A DNA stretch of 64,000 nt. Origin: Azolla caroliniana (Eukaryota; Plantae; Polypodiophyta). The stretch lies in contig JBHGNT010000022.1 in the NCBI GenBank assembly GCA_043228905.1, forward strand, positions 12,338,001-12,402,000. Reading direction: 5' to 3'. Position 1 is the stretch's first letter. The number at the start of each line of letters is the position of its first letter. The notes beneath the pieces are model-generated. The model saw only the letters and a program-made list of their open reading frames with translations. It was not told the DNA's origin and ran no database searches. Below, one piece after another: positions 1-11,600 of this stretch. The position numbers and the translations under genes are program-made.

Positions 1-880
1 TGGGAGATGTGGTTGATTTGGATAATGAATCTCAAAAGTTGTTGGACTTTGAAGATTCTTGAATCCAAACGGTGGTTCTGCATTCCCCCAAATTATGGAT
101 TTATTTGGGAGAAATTACAAGATACACCATTGTTGCATGGATCTTTGCCATTTGAGAGATGTGGTTGATAATGAATTTCAAAAGTTGTTGGACTATGAAG
201 ATTCCATAATCCAAACGATGGTTTTGTATTCCCCCAAATTACGGATTTATTTGGGAGAAAATTATAATACATACCATTGGTGCATGGATCTTTGTCGTTG
301 AAAACAAATCTTACACCTTGGGTACATTGGTGGTTATAGGATGGTACACACTTGTCATATGTCACTACAAATATAGTGTATCATCATGCAATGACATCAT
401 TATCTTGGATATCTCCTAAAGCAGAAAAGGTGTGGAATGTATATAAGTGGTGGAAAATATTACAACGTAGTTGGCCTTCCCATTTGTCATTTTTTGCAAA
501 GGTATTCATATGGGGAGTCATGATTGGTGGGCTCCCATTAGGTTTAGCCTTAAAGAGATGAGGACTTCGATGGGTCACTTGTTTCTTTTGCACCATTCCG
601 TTGGATGACCATACACATGGGTTCAGTAAATGTTCTATAGTGTGTATCATTTGGAAGTCCTTACCGAACATTTGGTAAGTTTTAACCCATTCTTATTTGA
701 GACCTCAACAATGGGTTTTTTCACACAATGTTCAAAATGGTCCAAATGACAAGATAGAGGTATTGTTCCAATTTTTATAATATTAAGAATTGCAACATAA
801 TTGAAATTATTTGTAATGCTTTCATGTTTGATAGTAGGCATGAGGTATATGAAGAAGCTAAAAGGTATTCTTATGTGGAA
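1..880 (+). mobile_element. Degenerate L1/Tx1-type LINE ORF2 3' fragment (zf-RVT region), copy 1
   Basis: Translates W..LQRSWPSHLSFFAKVFIWGVMIGGLPLGLALKR* followed by CFFC...H motif with stops. Homologous to 1490-2300. Contains a ~150-bp tandem duplication at ~1-300. Confidence 0.75.
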
Positions 881-1070
881 TTTCTAGTTGCTTGAGCATG
901 TGGGAATCATTTCCTCAAATGCATATTCTGGTTTTCGAGTGGCATTACAAGACGTACCTCTCCATACATATGATAGGATAGATAGGTACATGGGACTAAG
1001 AAGTGTTGTAACAAGTGGATTTTATATACAATTAATATAATTGTGTACTTTTACTGAGAGAGAGAGAGAG

Positions 1071-2423
1071 ATTGTGTAGCAACCCCTAAGCAATTGGGGG
1101 GAGCTGGAATATTGAACTTATCTATGCATATGATGGCTCGTAGATTTTCATTATTACAAGACATGTGTTCAAACTCACAACCATGGATATCTATTGTTCA
1201 ATATTTCATTGAGAACAAGGGTTTAACACATAGGAGGACAACAATTAAGGCTTCATGGTGGCAATTATTGAATGGATGTATTTCACTTAGGATTCTGGGC
1301 TTTTCATGTGTTCAACACTTGGTTACATCATGGCAAGAAGCACTCTTATTATGTGTATGGAAACCATCATCTAGTAAAGAGCATTGTAATCCTTTGCAAA
1401 AAGAGTTACTTGTGTCTTCTCATTTATTATGTTGGCTAGGAAAGGAGAGATTGTGTTCTCAAATTAATCGTTTGTTTTGTTTGGGGGTCAAAGAGGTGGG
1501 AGATATAGTTAGGGCTCCATCTCAAAGAATTTGGAGTTTGTTGAAGCGTGATAGTTATTATGCATCCCGCCTAATTATGGGTTTATTTGGTAACAACTAC
1601 AAAATATTGCATTGATGCAAGGTTCCTTACCTCTACAAACAAAAGAACAATCGTGGATTGATTGGTGTTTACGAGGTCAAATGTCGTTGTTATAAGTGAC
1701 TACCAATCTTTTGTATCATTACTCTGTTGAGTCTCTTGGATGGCTATCATCTAAGGCTGAAGAATAATGGAAAATATACAAATCTAATCATGGGTGGTGA
1801 AAGATCTTACAACGTAATTGGCATTCTAAATTGCCCCTTGTAGCAAAGGTCTTCATTTGGAGAGTTTTGATTGGAGGATTGCCTTTGGGATTAGCTCTAA
1901 AGCATTGTGGACTAGCAACGGGTAGTTGCTTTTTTTGCATTGTTCAAATGGAAGATAGTACTCATCGATTTATACAATGTTCGATTGATTGTTAGATTTG
2001 GAGTTACATTTCTCAAATTTGGCAAGTTTTATCACGATGTTATTTGACACCTAGACAGTGAGTGTTTGCACAATTTACATAGGTTGACCCAAAATCAGAG
2101 ATGGAGATCGTTTTTCTATTTCTAAGATATTGGGGATTGCATCATAATTGGAACATGCACAACACTTTTGTATTCGATGGTAGACATGGAGAGAAAACAT
2201 ATCTACGAAAGTTAGAGGGAGTATTAATGTGACAATTTTCTATATTGGAGCAAGTGGAAATTCATTCCTCAGTGGAGTGTTTGTCTTGCCTATTGGCAAT
2301 TCAACATGTTCCACAACCCATGTAATGCAGTGTAGTTAGTGGGTGACTATACTCCATTGTCACACCCATTGTGAGTAACGTTTTTTACACACATTTAGTA
2401 CTATAATTGTGTGTTTTCACCAA
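1071..2423 (+). mobile_element. 5'-truncated L1/Tx1-type LINE, copy 2, bounded by (GA)n on both sides
   Basis: Starts with PK(Q)LGGAGILNL (post-RT LINE motif PK..GGLGI). Later WHSKLPLVAKVFIWRVLIGGLPLG...CFFC...EDSTHRFIQC (zf-RVT). Many stops. (GA)n at 1057-1070 and 2424-2440. Confidence 0.8.
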
Positions 2424-2454
2424 AGAGAGAGAGAGAGAGACACACACACACACA

Positions 2455-2990
2455 TAACAATGGGCCCAGTTCGGTTTCGATTCAATTCGATTTTGGTGCC
2501 TTGAAACCAAACCAAATCCTTTATATAAAACAAAAACCAAACCAAACCAAACCGTTTATGAACATTCGAACATTTAAACCAAAACAAGTTAAAACCAAAC
2601 TGAACCATTTAATAAAAAGTTTAAACCTAATCACATTTAAGCCAAGCTAATTAAAAAATTAATTCAATAAAAATACACAAATAAGCAGTTATGTTAAAAT
2701 AAATAAATAAGATTAATTGAGCCATTAGATTAAATAAACAATTAAGTTAAGTGAATTAAACCAATGAAAAACATTAATTAAACCATTAAATTACATAAAT
2801 ATTTAATGGATAAAAAAAGATAGCCTAAAAACCTATAAACCCTAGTTTCAAAACCAAACCGAATTGAAACCAAACCGTTTATTATTAATTAAAACCAAAC
2901 CAAACCATTTAATTATTTTGGAACTTATAAACCTTTAAACCATGGTTTAACAATTCAGTTCGGTTTAAGCCAAAACCGGGCCCATTGCTA
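2455..2990. mobile_element. hAT-like MITE inserted in a (CA)n tract
   Basis: Terminal inverted repeats TAACAATGGGCCCAGTT / AACCGGGCCCATTGCTA. Subterminal AAACC(A/G)AACC repeats and AT-rich core. CACACACA on both sides is compatible with an 8-bp TSD. Confidence 0.75.
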
Positions 2991-3004
2991 CACACACACA
3001 CACA

Positions 3005-3168
3005 CAAGAAGGTCATGGATTCACGCACTACATTCCACAATGGCTTCTACTTATTAAATTAATTAAGAGGATATGTATGGAGTAATAGAGAGGTGAGAAA
3101 ATTCGGTTTCGAACCCGAGACCCAAGGCTAATAGTTTAAGAACTTATCACTAGAGTAAGCTAATTATG
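3005..3168. mobile_element. Pair of convergent tRNA-derived SINE-like heads
   Basis: Minus strand carries A-box-like TAGTGATAAG and B-box GGGTTCGAAACC (3105-3117). Plus strand carries GGTCATGGATTCA...CTACATTCCACAATGGC. Same module occurs inverted at 51920-52105. Confidence 0.6.
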
Positions 3169-3185
3169 GAGAGAGAGAGAGAGAG

Positions 3186-4140
3186 TTTAATCAATTTTTT
3201 CATTTGATGATCAAAGTGGTGGCAAATATAGTTGGGACTTGATCTCAAAGTATTTTGGAGTCCATTAACACAATGATTACTACACAATTATGTTTTTATC
3301 TAAAAACAACTACAAAATCTCAAATTCGTGGAAGGTCCTTTACATCGACAAACAAAAGACTAGTAATGGGTTGATTGATATATATGAGATCAGAGGCCAC
3401 TTTCACAAGTGGCTACTAATCTCTTGTATCATTGTTGCACTCAGTGTCTCCGATGACTATCGTCCAAGGCTAAACAAGAATGGAAAGTACTTATTCTGAT
3501 TGTGGATTGTGGCATATCTTAACGATGGTTATCGTCTAAGGCTAAACAAGAATGGAAAGTACTTATTCTGATTGTGGATTGTGGCATATCTTAAAATGTA
3601 CTTGGCATTCTAAATTGCCATTTGTTGCAAAAGTCTTTATTTGGTTAAGTGTTGATTGGGTGTTTGCCTTTGGGATTAGCTCTAAAGCGATCCGGATTAG
3701 CAATGGGCAAATTCTTCTTTTGCATTGTTCAAGTGGAAGACAGTAATCATCATTCCATACAATGTTTGATTGTTTGTCATATTTGGAGCTACATTTCTCA
3801 AATTTGGCAAGTTTTGTCACGGTGTTGTTTGATGCCGAAATAGTGGGCATTTTGCACAATTCACATAAGTCAACCTAAAATCATACATAGAGATCATTTT
3901 ACTACTTTTAAAGTATTGGGGTTTGTTTGATGGTAGGCATGGAGTCAAAGAATATCTACGAAAGTTGAAGGGAGTACTAATGTAACAAAATTATTTATCG
4001 GGGCAAGTAGAAATTATTTCTTTGGTGGAGTGTTCGTCTTGCCTATTGGCAATTCAACATATTCCACTACTCGTGTAGTGGTGTCCATACTCCACTGTAA
4101 CACCCATTGTAAGTAGACACACCTTACACTCACATAATAG
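3186..4140 (+). mobile_element. 5'-truncated L1/Tx1-type LINE, copy 3
   Basis: Homologous to ~1464-2390 (WHSKLPFVAKVFIW...FFC...EDSNHHSIQC). Begins right after (GA)n at 3169-3185. Internal ~70-bp tandem duplication at ~3455-3595. Confidence 0.75.
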
Positions 4141-4468
4141 TCAAGCTTCTACAATATCTCTTTATCCCTCACAATATTTATGTGCCCAACACAACTCGAG
4201 ATCTCTTTATTCATCATGGCTCGTGATCTCCTCCTTCGACATCGGCTTGGATGTAGGAGGAGCGGGGTTTGTGAGGATGAAGGTGGTGGAAGCTCCTTGG
4301 ACAAGATTGGGGCAGCGACATGCATGACAACGAGCGACCCTCCCACATGAGTGTGCAGTTGGGGCGGGCATGGTATGGTCGGGATAAGATATAGGGACTT
4401 CTTTAGGCTCCATAGCGAGTTTGGGTCCATGAATTGAGCTCCCACCAAGGAAGGAGTGTGCACTTTTG

Positions 4469-5554
4469 CTTGTATCCCCCCAAGAGAAGGGTACTTCGAA
4501 AAATAAAGAAAATCCCTTCTTCTTCTTCTTCTTGTAGCCCCCAAAAGAAGGGTATTTCGGCGAAATAAAGAAAACATCACCTCACCTTCTTCTTGTTGTT
4601 GGACCCCCGAAGAGAAGGGTATTTTTGGAAATAAAGAAAACCTCACTTCACCTTCTTCTTCTTGTACCCCCAAGAGAAGGGTATTTCTAGAAATAAAGAA
4701 AACATCATGTCACCTTCTTCTTCTTGTACCCCCAAGAGAAGGGTATTTTGGGAAATAAAGGAAACCTCATCTCACCTTCTTCTTCTTCTTCTTGTAGCCC
4801 CCAAGAGAAGGGTATTTTGGTGAAATAAAGAAGACATCACCTCACCTCCTTCTTCTTGTTGGACCCCCAAGAGAAGGGTAATTCTGGAAATAACGAAAAC
4901 CTCACCTTCTTCTTCTTGTACCCCCCCACCCTCCCTAAGATAAGGGTATTTCGGGAAATAAAGAAAACCTCAACTCACCTTTTTCTTCTTGTATCCCCCC
5001 TCCCTAAGAGAAGGGTATTTCAGGAAATAAAGAAAACCTCAACTCACCTTCTTCTTGTACCCCCACCTTAAGAGAAGGGTATTTTGGGAAATAAAGAAAA
5101 CCTCAACTCACCTTTTTCTTCTTGTATCCCCCCCTCCCTAAGAGAAGGGTATTTCGGGAAGTAAAGAAAACCTCAACTCACCTTCTTCTTCTTGTACCCC
5201 CACCTTAAGAGAAGGATATTTTGGGAAATAAAGAAAACCGCACCTCACCTTCTTCTTCTTGTAGCCCCCTCCTAAGAGAAGGGTTATCTAGAAAAAATAA
5301 AGAAAACCTCACCTCACATTCTTATTCTCCTTCTTCTTCTTCTTCTTCTTCTTGTACCCCCAAGAGAAGGGTATTTCTGGAAATAAAGAAAACCGCACCT
5401 CTTCTTCTTCTTCTTCTTGTACCCCCAAGAGAAGGGTATTTCTGGAAATAAAGAAAACCGCACCTCTTCTTCTTCTTCTTCTTGTACCCCCAAGAGAAGG
5501 GTATTTCGGGAAATAAAGAAAACCGCACCTCTTCTTCTTCTTCTTCTTCTTCTT
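4469..5554. repeat. Tandem array of ~16 units of ~60-70 bp immediately upstream of the YqaJ nuclease gene
   Basis: Consensus (CTT)n-GTACCCCCAAGAGAAGGGTATTTCGGGAAATAAAGAAAACCTCACCTCAC. 16 occurrences of the AAGG(G/A)T core counted between 4487 and 5500. Confidence 0.95.
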
Positions 5555-5613
5555 AAACCCTCTCTTAAACCTCGCCATCGCCATCGCCATCGCCATAGCT
5601 CTGTGTCCCTGCA

Positions 5614-7524
5614 ATGCGACCCGCTCTCTGCTGCAGGCTCCCCCTCCTCCTGCGCAGAAGAACTTCGGGCCCCTTCCCCCATCTCCCGGTTCCCAGCGCT
5701 CCGCCATGGTGCAGATCGCCTCTCACGACCATTTCCAAAGATGGAGAAGGAGAAGAAGGCAGAGGAGGCGAGGTGGAGCCGACAGAGATGGAGATGGAGA
5801 GAAGGAATATAAAGATGAAGAATTACCAGATGAGTGTATGTGATGGGAAAAACGAAGGTGCTGCTGGTGAAGCAGGACATGAGGATATTATAACAGATAA
5901 GAATCGTGCAAGAACTCCTGACCTGTCGTTTTCTGCTTCTTCTGATACTATCCATGGAGACGCAGATAAAAACCATGTCAATATGCAGTTCGGTGTAACC
6001 AAGAAAAGCCACTTGAAACCTCCTACGACAGTGTTTTCTCATTCTTCTGATGCTATCCATGGAGACGCAGAAGAAAATCATGCACAAACTTCCGCCAGGG
6101 TTATTGATTCTGATTGTGTAGCAGCAGAGAAAAATCATTTGAAACCCTTCTCCGGGGTTTCTGGATCATGTACTACGCATGAAGATACAGAGCTAAATAA
6201 TTTGAAATCTCGTGATAGGGTTTCGCATTCTTCTGTTCATGACGGTATAACGAAAATCCATGCTAAACCTGAGGAGAGGTTTTCTCATCTTTCTGTGGCT
6301 CAGGATAGTGTCGCAGAGCAAAAACATGTGAATTCTCATTCTGATTCTATTCACGAAGATACAGAGCTAAACCATAAGAAACCTGATGCTAGGGTTTCTT
6401 CTTCTGCTATTACGCACGAAGATGTACAGAAAATGGAACCTCGTGCTAGGCTGGTTTCACCACCATCGTCCTCTTCGTCAGAGCAGAACCATGTGAAACC
6501 TAATGCTAGAGTTTCTCTTTCCGGTACGATAAATGAAGATACACAGCAAATAAACAATGGGAAACATTATGCCAGGGTGGTTTCACCATCACCATTACCA
6601 TCACCATCATTGTGCTCATCTTCATCAGAGCAGACCCATGTGAATTCTGCTACTACAAATGAAGATACAGAGCAATTGAACAGTATGAAACCTCATGCTA
6701 GGTTGGTTTCATCATCACCACCATCACCACCACCATCATCCTCTGGTGCTGGTAATGAAGAGAGCATAACAGAGCAAACAAACCTCGAAGAGATGGTCCG
6801 GGAGTGGGCAAGTCTACGGAGGACGAGATTGACCGCGAGCGTGTTTGCATTTGCCATCGGCTTCTGGGAAGGCCGCCGTGTCCAGCTATGGAAAGAGAAG
6901 ATCGGCATATTGGAGCCGTTCCAAGGGAACCTATCCACGAACTGGGGAACCCTAAAAGAAGCCCCTGCCATCCAGCAATACATCAAGCTCACCGACAATA
7001 AAGTCCATCACCAACTCTTCAAGTCGTATCCCCAAGGGACCTCGATGCCCGATTGGATGGGCGCATCCCCTGATGGCCTCGTCTATAGCCGTTCGGCTTT
7101 TATGCTTGAGAATGGAGGAATCTTAGAGGTGAAATGCCCTTTCAATCGCGGCCGCCCCGACATTGGCGTCCCTTGGCCGTATGTCCCTTACTACTACATG
7201 CCTCAAGCACAAGGGCTTATGGAGATTTTCGATCGAAATTGGATGGACTTCTATGTTTGGACACTGAATGGGAGCTCAATCTATCGGATTGATCGGAATC
7301 CGGACTTATGGGAGCTCATGTTGACTGCCCTGAATGACTTCTGGTGGGGTCATGTCATTCCTGCTAAACATTTGTTGTCTAAAGAGGGCGGCGATGCGGA
7401 TTTGAGACGGTTTAAACCGGGTCCTCATCACGCCCTCTTCTTGACAATCGCGAACAAATGCAAGGTTCTAGCAGACAAGTCCCCTTTGCTCCTTCATGAT
7501 CGCAATCCTCGGCTTGTTCGATAA
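5614..7524 (+). CDS. YqaJ-like (lambda exonuclease / restriction-endonuclease type II-like, PD-(D/E)XK) nuclease with putative organellar targeting peptide and repetitive linker; intronless
   Basis: 636-aa ORF. C-terminal ~240 aa: EWASLRRTRLTAS...GFW...NWGTLKE...WMGASPDG...ILEVKCPFN...PYYYMPQAQGLMEI...FWWGHV, matching the plant YqaJ family (Arabidopsis AT1G67660-like, from memory). First ~40 aa are Arg-rich with no acidic residues. Confidence 0.9.
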   Translation: MRPALCCRLPLLLRRRTSGPFPHLPVPSAPPWCRSPLTTISKDGEGEEGRGGEVEPTEMEMERRNIKMKNYQMSVCDGKNEGAAGEAGHEDIITDKNRARTPDLSFSASSDTIHGDADKNHVNMQFGVTKKSHLKPPTTVFSHSSDAIHGDAEENHAQTSARVIDSDCVAAEKNHLKPFSGVSGSCTTHEDTELNNLKSRDRVSHSSVHDGITKIHAKPEERFSHLSVAQDSVAEQKHVNSHSDSIHEDTELNHKKPDARVSSSAITHEDVQKMEPRARLVSPPSSSSSEQNHVKPNARVSLSGTINEDTQQINNGKHYARVVSPSPLPSPSLCSSSSEQTHVNSATTNEDTEQLNSMKPHARLVSSSPPSPPPSSSGAGNEESITEQTNLEEMVREWASLRRTRLTASVFAFAIGFWEGRRVQLWKEKIGILEPFQGNLSTNWGTLKEAPAIQQYIKLTDNKVHHQLFKSYPQGTSMPDWMGASPDGLVYSRSAFMLENGGILEVKCPFNRGRPDIGVPWPYVPYYYMPQAQGLMEIFDRNWMDFYVWTLNGSSIYRIDRNPDLWELMLTALNDFWWGHVIPAKHLLSKEGGDADLRRFKPGPHHALFLTIANKCKVLADKSPLLLHDRNPRLVR

Positions 7525-8699
7525 GATTTAGAGCAAAAAAAAACAGGTTCTGGTGGGTATTCCCGTTGCCTTCTGTCTGGATCGTATCAAATGTCAAAGA
7601 AATCATCGTTTGTTCTGTGTTCTCGTGATGACCTTACCAATGTTAAACACGTTATTGTTCCTTTCATTTCCTCCTGTCAGTGCTCACCATTGTCTTATGG
7701 TGTAATTACATGATGGATAGGCATGCTCTCTACAGATTCTGGACTCACTATTGATTTGGATAGCATGCCAAGGATTTTGAAAAATGTTTACCAACCCTAG
7801 AGATCTTTGTGGTGTGAATACTGCAATAGCTAAAATACAGCCAAGGGGTCTAAAAATCACTGAGGACTACTCTGTCTCTGGCATGGGTCATGTTATAAAT
7901 AAATTTCTATTGGATGGTTGTGGATCTGTTCTTGGCGATTGTACCATGGAGCCAAATTTAGTTGGCACAATATTCTTAATTGTTCGGTGCTCTTGGCTTT
8001 GTGCATGTTTCAGCACTACACTCAAAGAATTATGTGGGCCCATTTTCAACTTTGAAAGGAGTCATTGGTTTGATACTAGTTTGTAAGGAGATCCTTCATA
8101 GTAATTTGATTGCTCCTTGCTAGGCCATGATCATGGCGTGATACACGACTCAAGTTTTTATATATGTGGATGTCTATAACTATCAATGGGTTGTAGGGAA
8201 GATATGTACTGCGAAGAAAGAAGAAGAAAGTTATATTTGTGTCGGCCTATGAGACAAGCCATAGTATCAGTGTGCAAACTTTTATTTTGCCACAAAACTC
8301 TCTTATGGTTTTGTCCCATGTTCTTCAAATCAGTCTTATAAAGTGATATATCGTACTTACTGATGAATTAAACTCGTGCAAATACGGGGGGGTCTCTTAT
8401 TGAAGATGGTTGGAATAATGTTCAATGACAATTGATCTTTTGTATGGACTGCCTATATGTAATCCATCCAGAATGAGAAGAGTGAGATAGTATCAGTTTT
8501 TAAACTGTACAGTGTTAGTTCCAACCTATTTCCAACTTGTCATGTCCCATTTTCAGAAGTTAGTATATGAAAGACTTGATGAGCCCCAAATCTTATGGCA
8601 AATTTAGCTCATTAGCAGCGACAAATATTTTGCGAATGGCCTTAAAAAAGGCCCCTCAAATTGGGAATGTAACTTCGATTCTCTTTGGGAGTTAATCTC

Positions 8700-11600
8700 A
8701 GCTTGATTGTGTGGAGAGTTGCATCAACATGCTATTTACAGATGCTAAAATAGGTACCCAAAGCAGAATATAATAAGCTGGATTCAGAATTGTGGGGAAA
8801 AAATGAATTAGAGGATGTTCATTGAACTCAGGATGGAAATCTACACAAACTATGTTATTGTAAAGTTGAATTTGTGTTTACTATTCAAGAGAATCCAACA
8901 CATGTTCTGTTCTTTTTTAAAGTCATCAACTAGGTGGTTGGAAACAATAGCAGCCCTTTGATAGATTGTATGTTCCACTAGGTATAGGCTGCAATAAAAG
9001 AAAGGTTGTGGGCCCAAATCCAACAATGCTATGCGATTAAAGATTACAGTTGAGACTCCATCCTTGTGCGAGAATTCAAGATCTTTTTGCGTATAATGAG
9101 GATTTGTAGGTGTATTGCGATAGGGTGAATACTTTCTCTTTGATTGCCTAGAATTTGGCCTGACATTGTCTTAATAGCATGTGAAAGAGATCTTACATTG
9201 CTCTATGCCAAACTTAAATTGGGTTCAAGCACTCGACTACTTCTCTTGAACAACTGCCTTGCAAGGTAAGTGTCTTTTGTGTAATTGAGCTTGAGATTTT
9301 TCACTTCGATATGGTGTTGTGTGATGGTTCGCTTGAGAACCCCTAGAATGCATACATACTTACATTCTTGTGCTTAACCTGAATCTCTCATACATAATTG
9401 ACTACTTTTGGAAGAGCGTCTTTAAGTTTGTTTAGTTAAACCTACCAATGTAACGAGATTTTGTAGGCAGGTTACGTTCTCCCGAGTCCCTACTTCAAAA
9501 GTTCTGTTTGGAAATAGTGAAAGCACATACTCTAATCATCAATTGAAGAAGACATTTATAAAATATTTTCGATTACCATATTAAATACATCTTTTCATCC
9601 ATCATGGAAACGGTTACATAAATTCATCTTTTGGGATAAATATCTTATCTCTCGAGACTTCATTCTAACTTATCTGCAAAATTTGGAAAAAACAAGTTTG
9701 CACTTCACTTGTTAGTCTTGTACAACAAATCTTGTGCCACAACTATGAAGGCAATGTCAAGGTAATAGCTTACTCTTATCTAGCCTTCACAAATTTAACA
9801 AATTTCAAATTCTAAAATAATATATATCCTTTATAAGAATTCACTTCCATTGGTGACACAATCCTCACCTCGTCACAACAAACGGTTAGGCATTTCTTCG
9901 ATGTACATTTGTTCTTTTGTTGAATGGGTTTCGCTATAACATCCTTACCAAAAAGATATTACATATTAAAACATAGCTTTTTATTCGTGCAATTTATATT
10001 GTTGATTTCCAAATATTCAAACTAACAAATATGACAATGTCGTGTGGGTCTTCAATAATGGGTTAGACGTTGGATGCAACACAAAATCTCTTCATAACCT
10101 TAGCGATTTTTCGCCTCACAAAGGATGTACTATGTTAGGTTGATTGTCTCACTAATGCAAAAGAGTGAAAATCATAGCGATTTTAAACTCATGACAAGTG
10201 CATTGTTTGGCTTGTCCTTTAATAGGCCATGCTAAACCAATCTCCACTCTATGACCATTCGAGATTTCTTCTTTTTGTATTTCTTTACCTTCACTATTTG
10301 GTGATTAAGGTGAAACGAGGATATTGTTGTCTCCATGTACACCCTATATAGATGTTATATATTATAGGCATAACCTTATGGATCAAATTTATGGCTAATT
10401 TTAATGAGTTAAGGGACCGTAGGATAATAAGGAAAATCGGTTATCCTTGAAATGAAAAACAAATCCATAAGGACCAATTATGAATATCACCCAACTCTTT
10501 TCTTTATTATCTCACTTTTGCCCTATGTACTAGTTTAAATCTTATATGATTTTGCCCATTTTGGGATATCATGAAAGGACGTGACAATGCATGCTGCAAA
10601 AGAAGTTTCTATTTTTGGTACAAGGTTTCTTGAAAGGTATAAAGAGAGGAAGAGAGCTCATTTCCAAGGATCAACATGCAAGGCCTAGTCTTTGTGGAAA
10701 TATACAAAGGCCACATTGTCGTGACACTCACACTTCACGTTATGAAATTTGCAGAATTTCAGTATCAAAGGTTAGGCATAGCAATAAGGGGGTCACTAGA
10801 GAAAACAAGGCATGCATCAAATATTTAGAGACCGATTTGTGGTCAGTGAAATATTTGGTCATGTTTGTAAATTCAAGGAATGTTTGGTCTATAAGTAAAA
10901 AAGATATTTTTATAATTATGAATTAATAGCGAACACGTATATTTGTGTCACGGACGAGTAGTATAAAGTAGAACCAAGAGGAGATCAAATATTGAGATAG
11001 AGAAGAGACGAGAGAAAGAGAGCAATAACTCAACCTATGCTTTCATAATTGGTGTTGTTCACCTTGATTGAAATCAAGGTGCACCCAAGTATTTATACAA
11101 GAAGGTGGAGGTGTGCATGCAAGTTAAGAATATTCTAGAGAATGCACGAGGATGCATTTTCTAGAAGTTTTTAGAAAGTTCTAGTGTTCAACATATAATG
11201 CATCAAGTACAAGGATGCCCAGATGGATGTAGCTCAATTGGTAAGGTTTCCTAATGGAATCAAGGTGCACCCAAGTATTTATACAAGAAGGTGGATGTAT
11301 GCATGCAAGCTAGGAACCTACTAGAGAATGCGTGAGGATGCATTTTCTAGAAGTTTTTAGAAAGTTCTAGTGTTCAACATATAATGTGTCAAGTACAAGG
11401 ATGTCGAGATGGATGTAGCACTCAATTGGTAAGGTTTTCCAATGGAGCTAAGAGGTCATGGGTTCAACCCTTACATTCCATAGTGGTATCTATCGAATTC
11501 AACCTCATATACATGTCAATGTTGTGACATTACAATTTGAGGCATTTCAAGAGAAGTCTAGGAGTATCTCAACCACCCTAATGAGGGTGGTGATTAGTCT

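Noticed and set aside
4469-5554. CRISPR array next to a Cas4-like nuclease
   Set aside because: Inter-repeat segments are homologous CTT/C-run variants, not unique spacers. No cas1/cas2, and the context is eukaryotic.
4149-6138. Overlapping ORFs with poly-R/K/E/S tracts
   Set aside because: Translations of the (CTT)n repeat array or the antisense of the YqaJ ORF.
10946-11529. Confident solo LTR
   Set aside because: TG...CA ends are present, but the flanks ATTTG and TTACA do not form a TSD; kept only as low-confidence retroelement debris.
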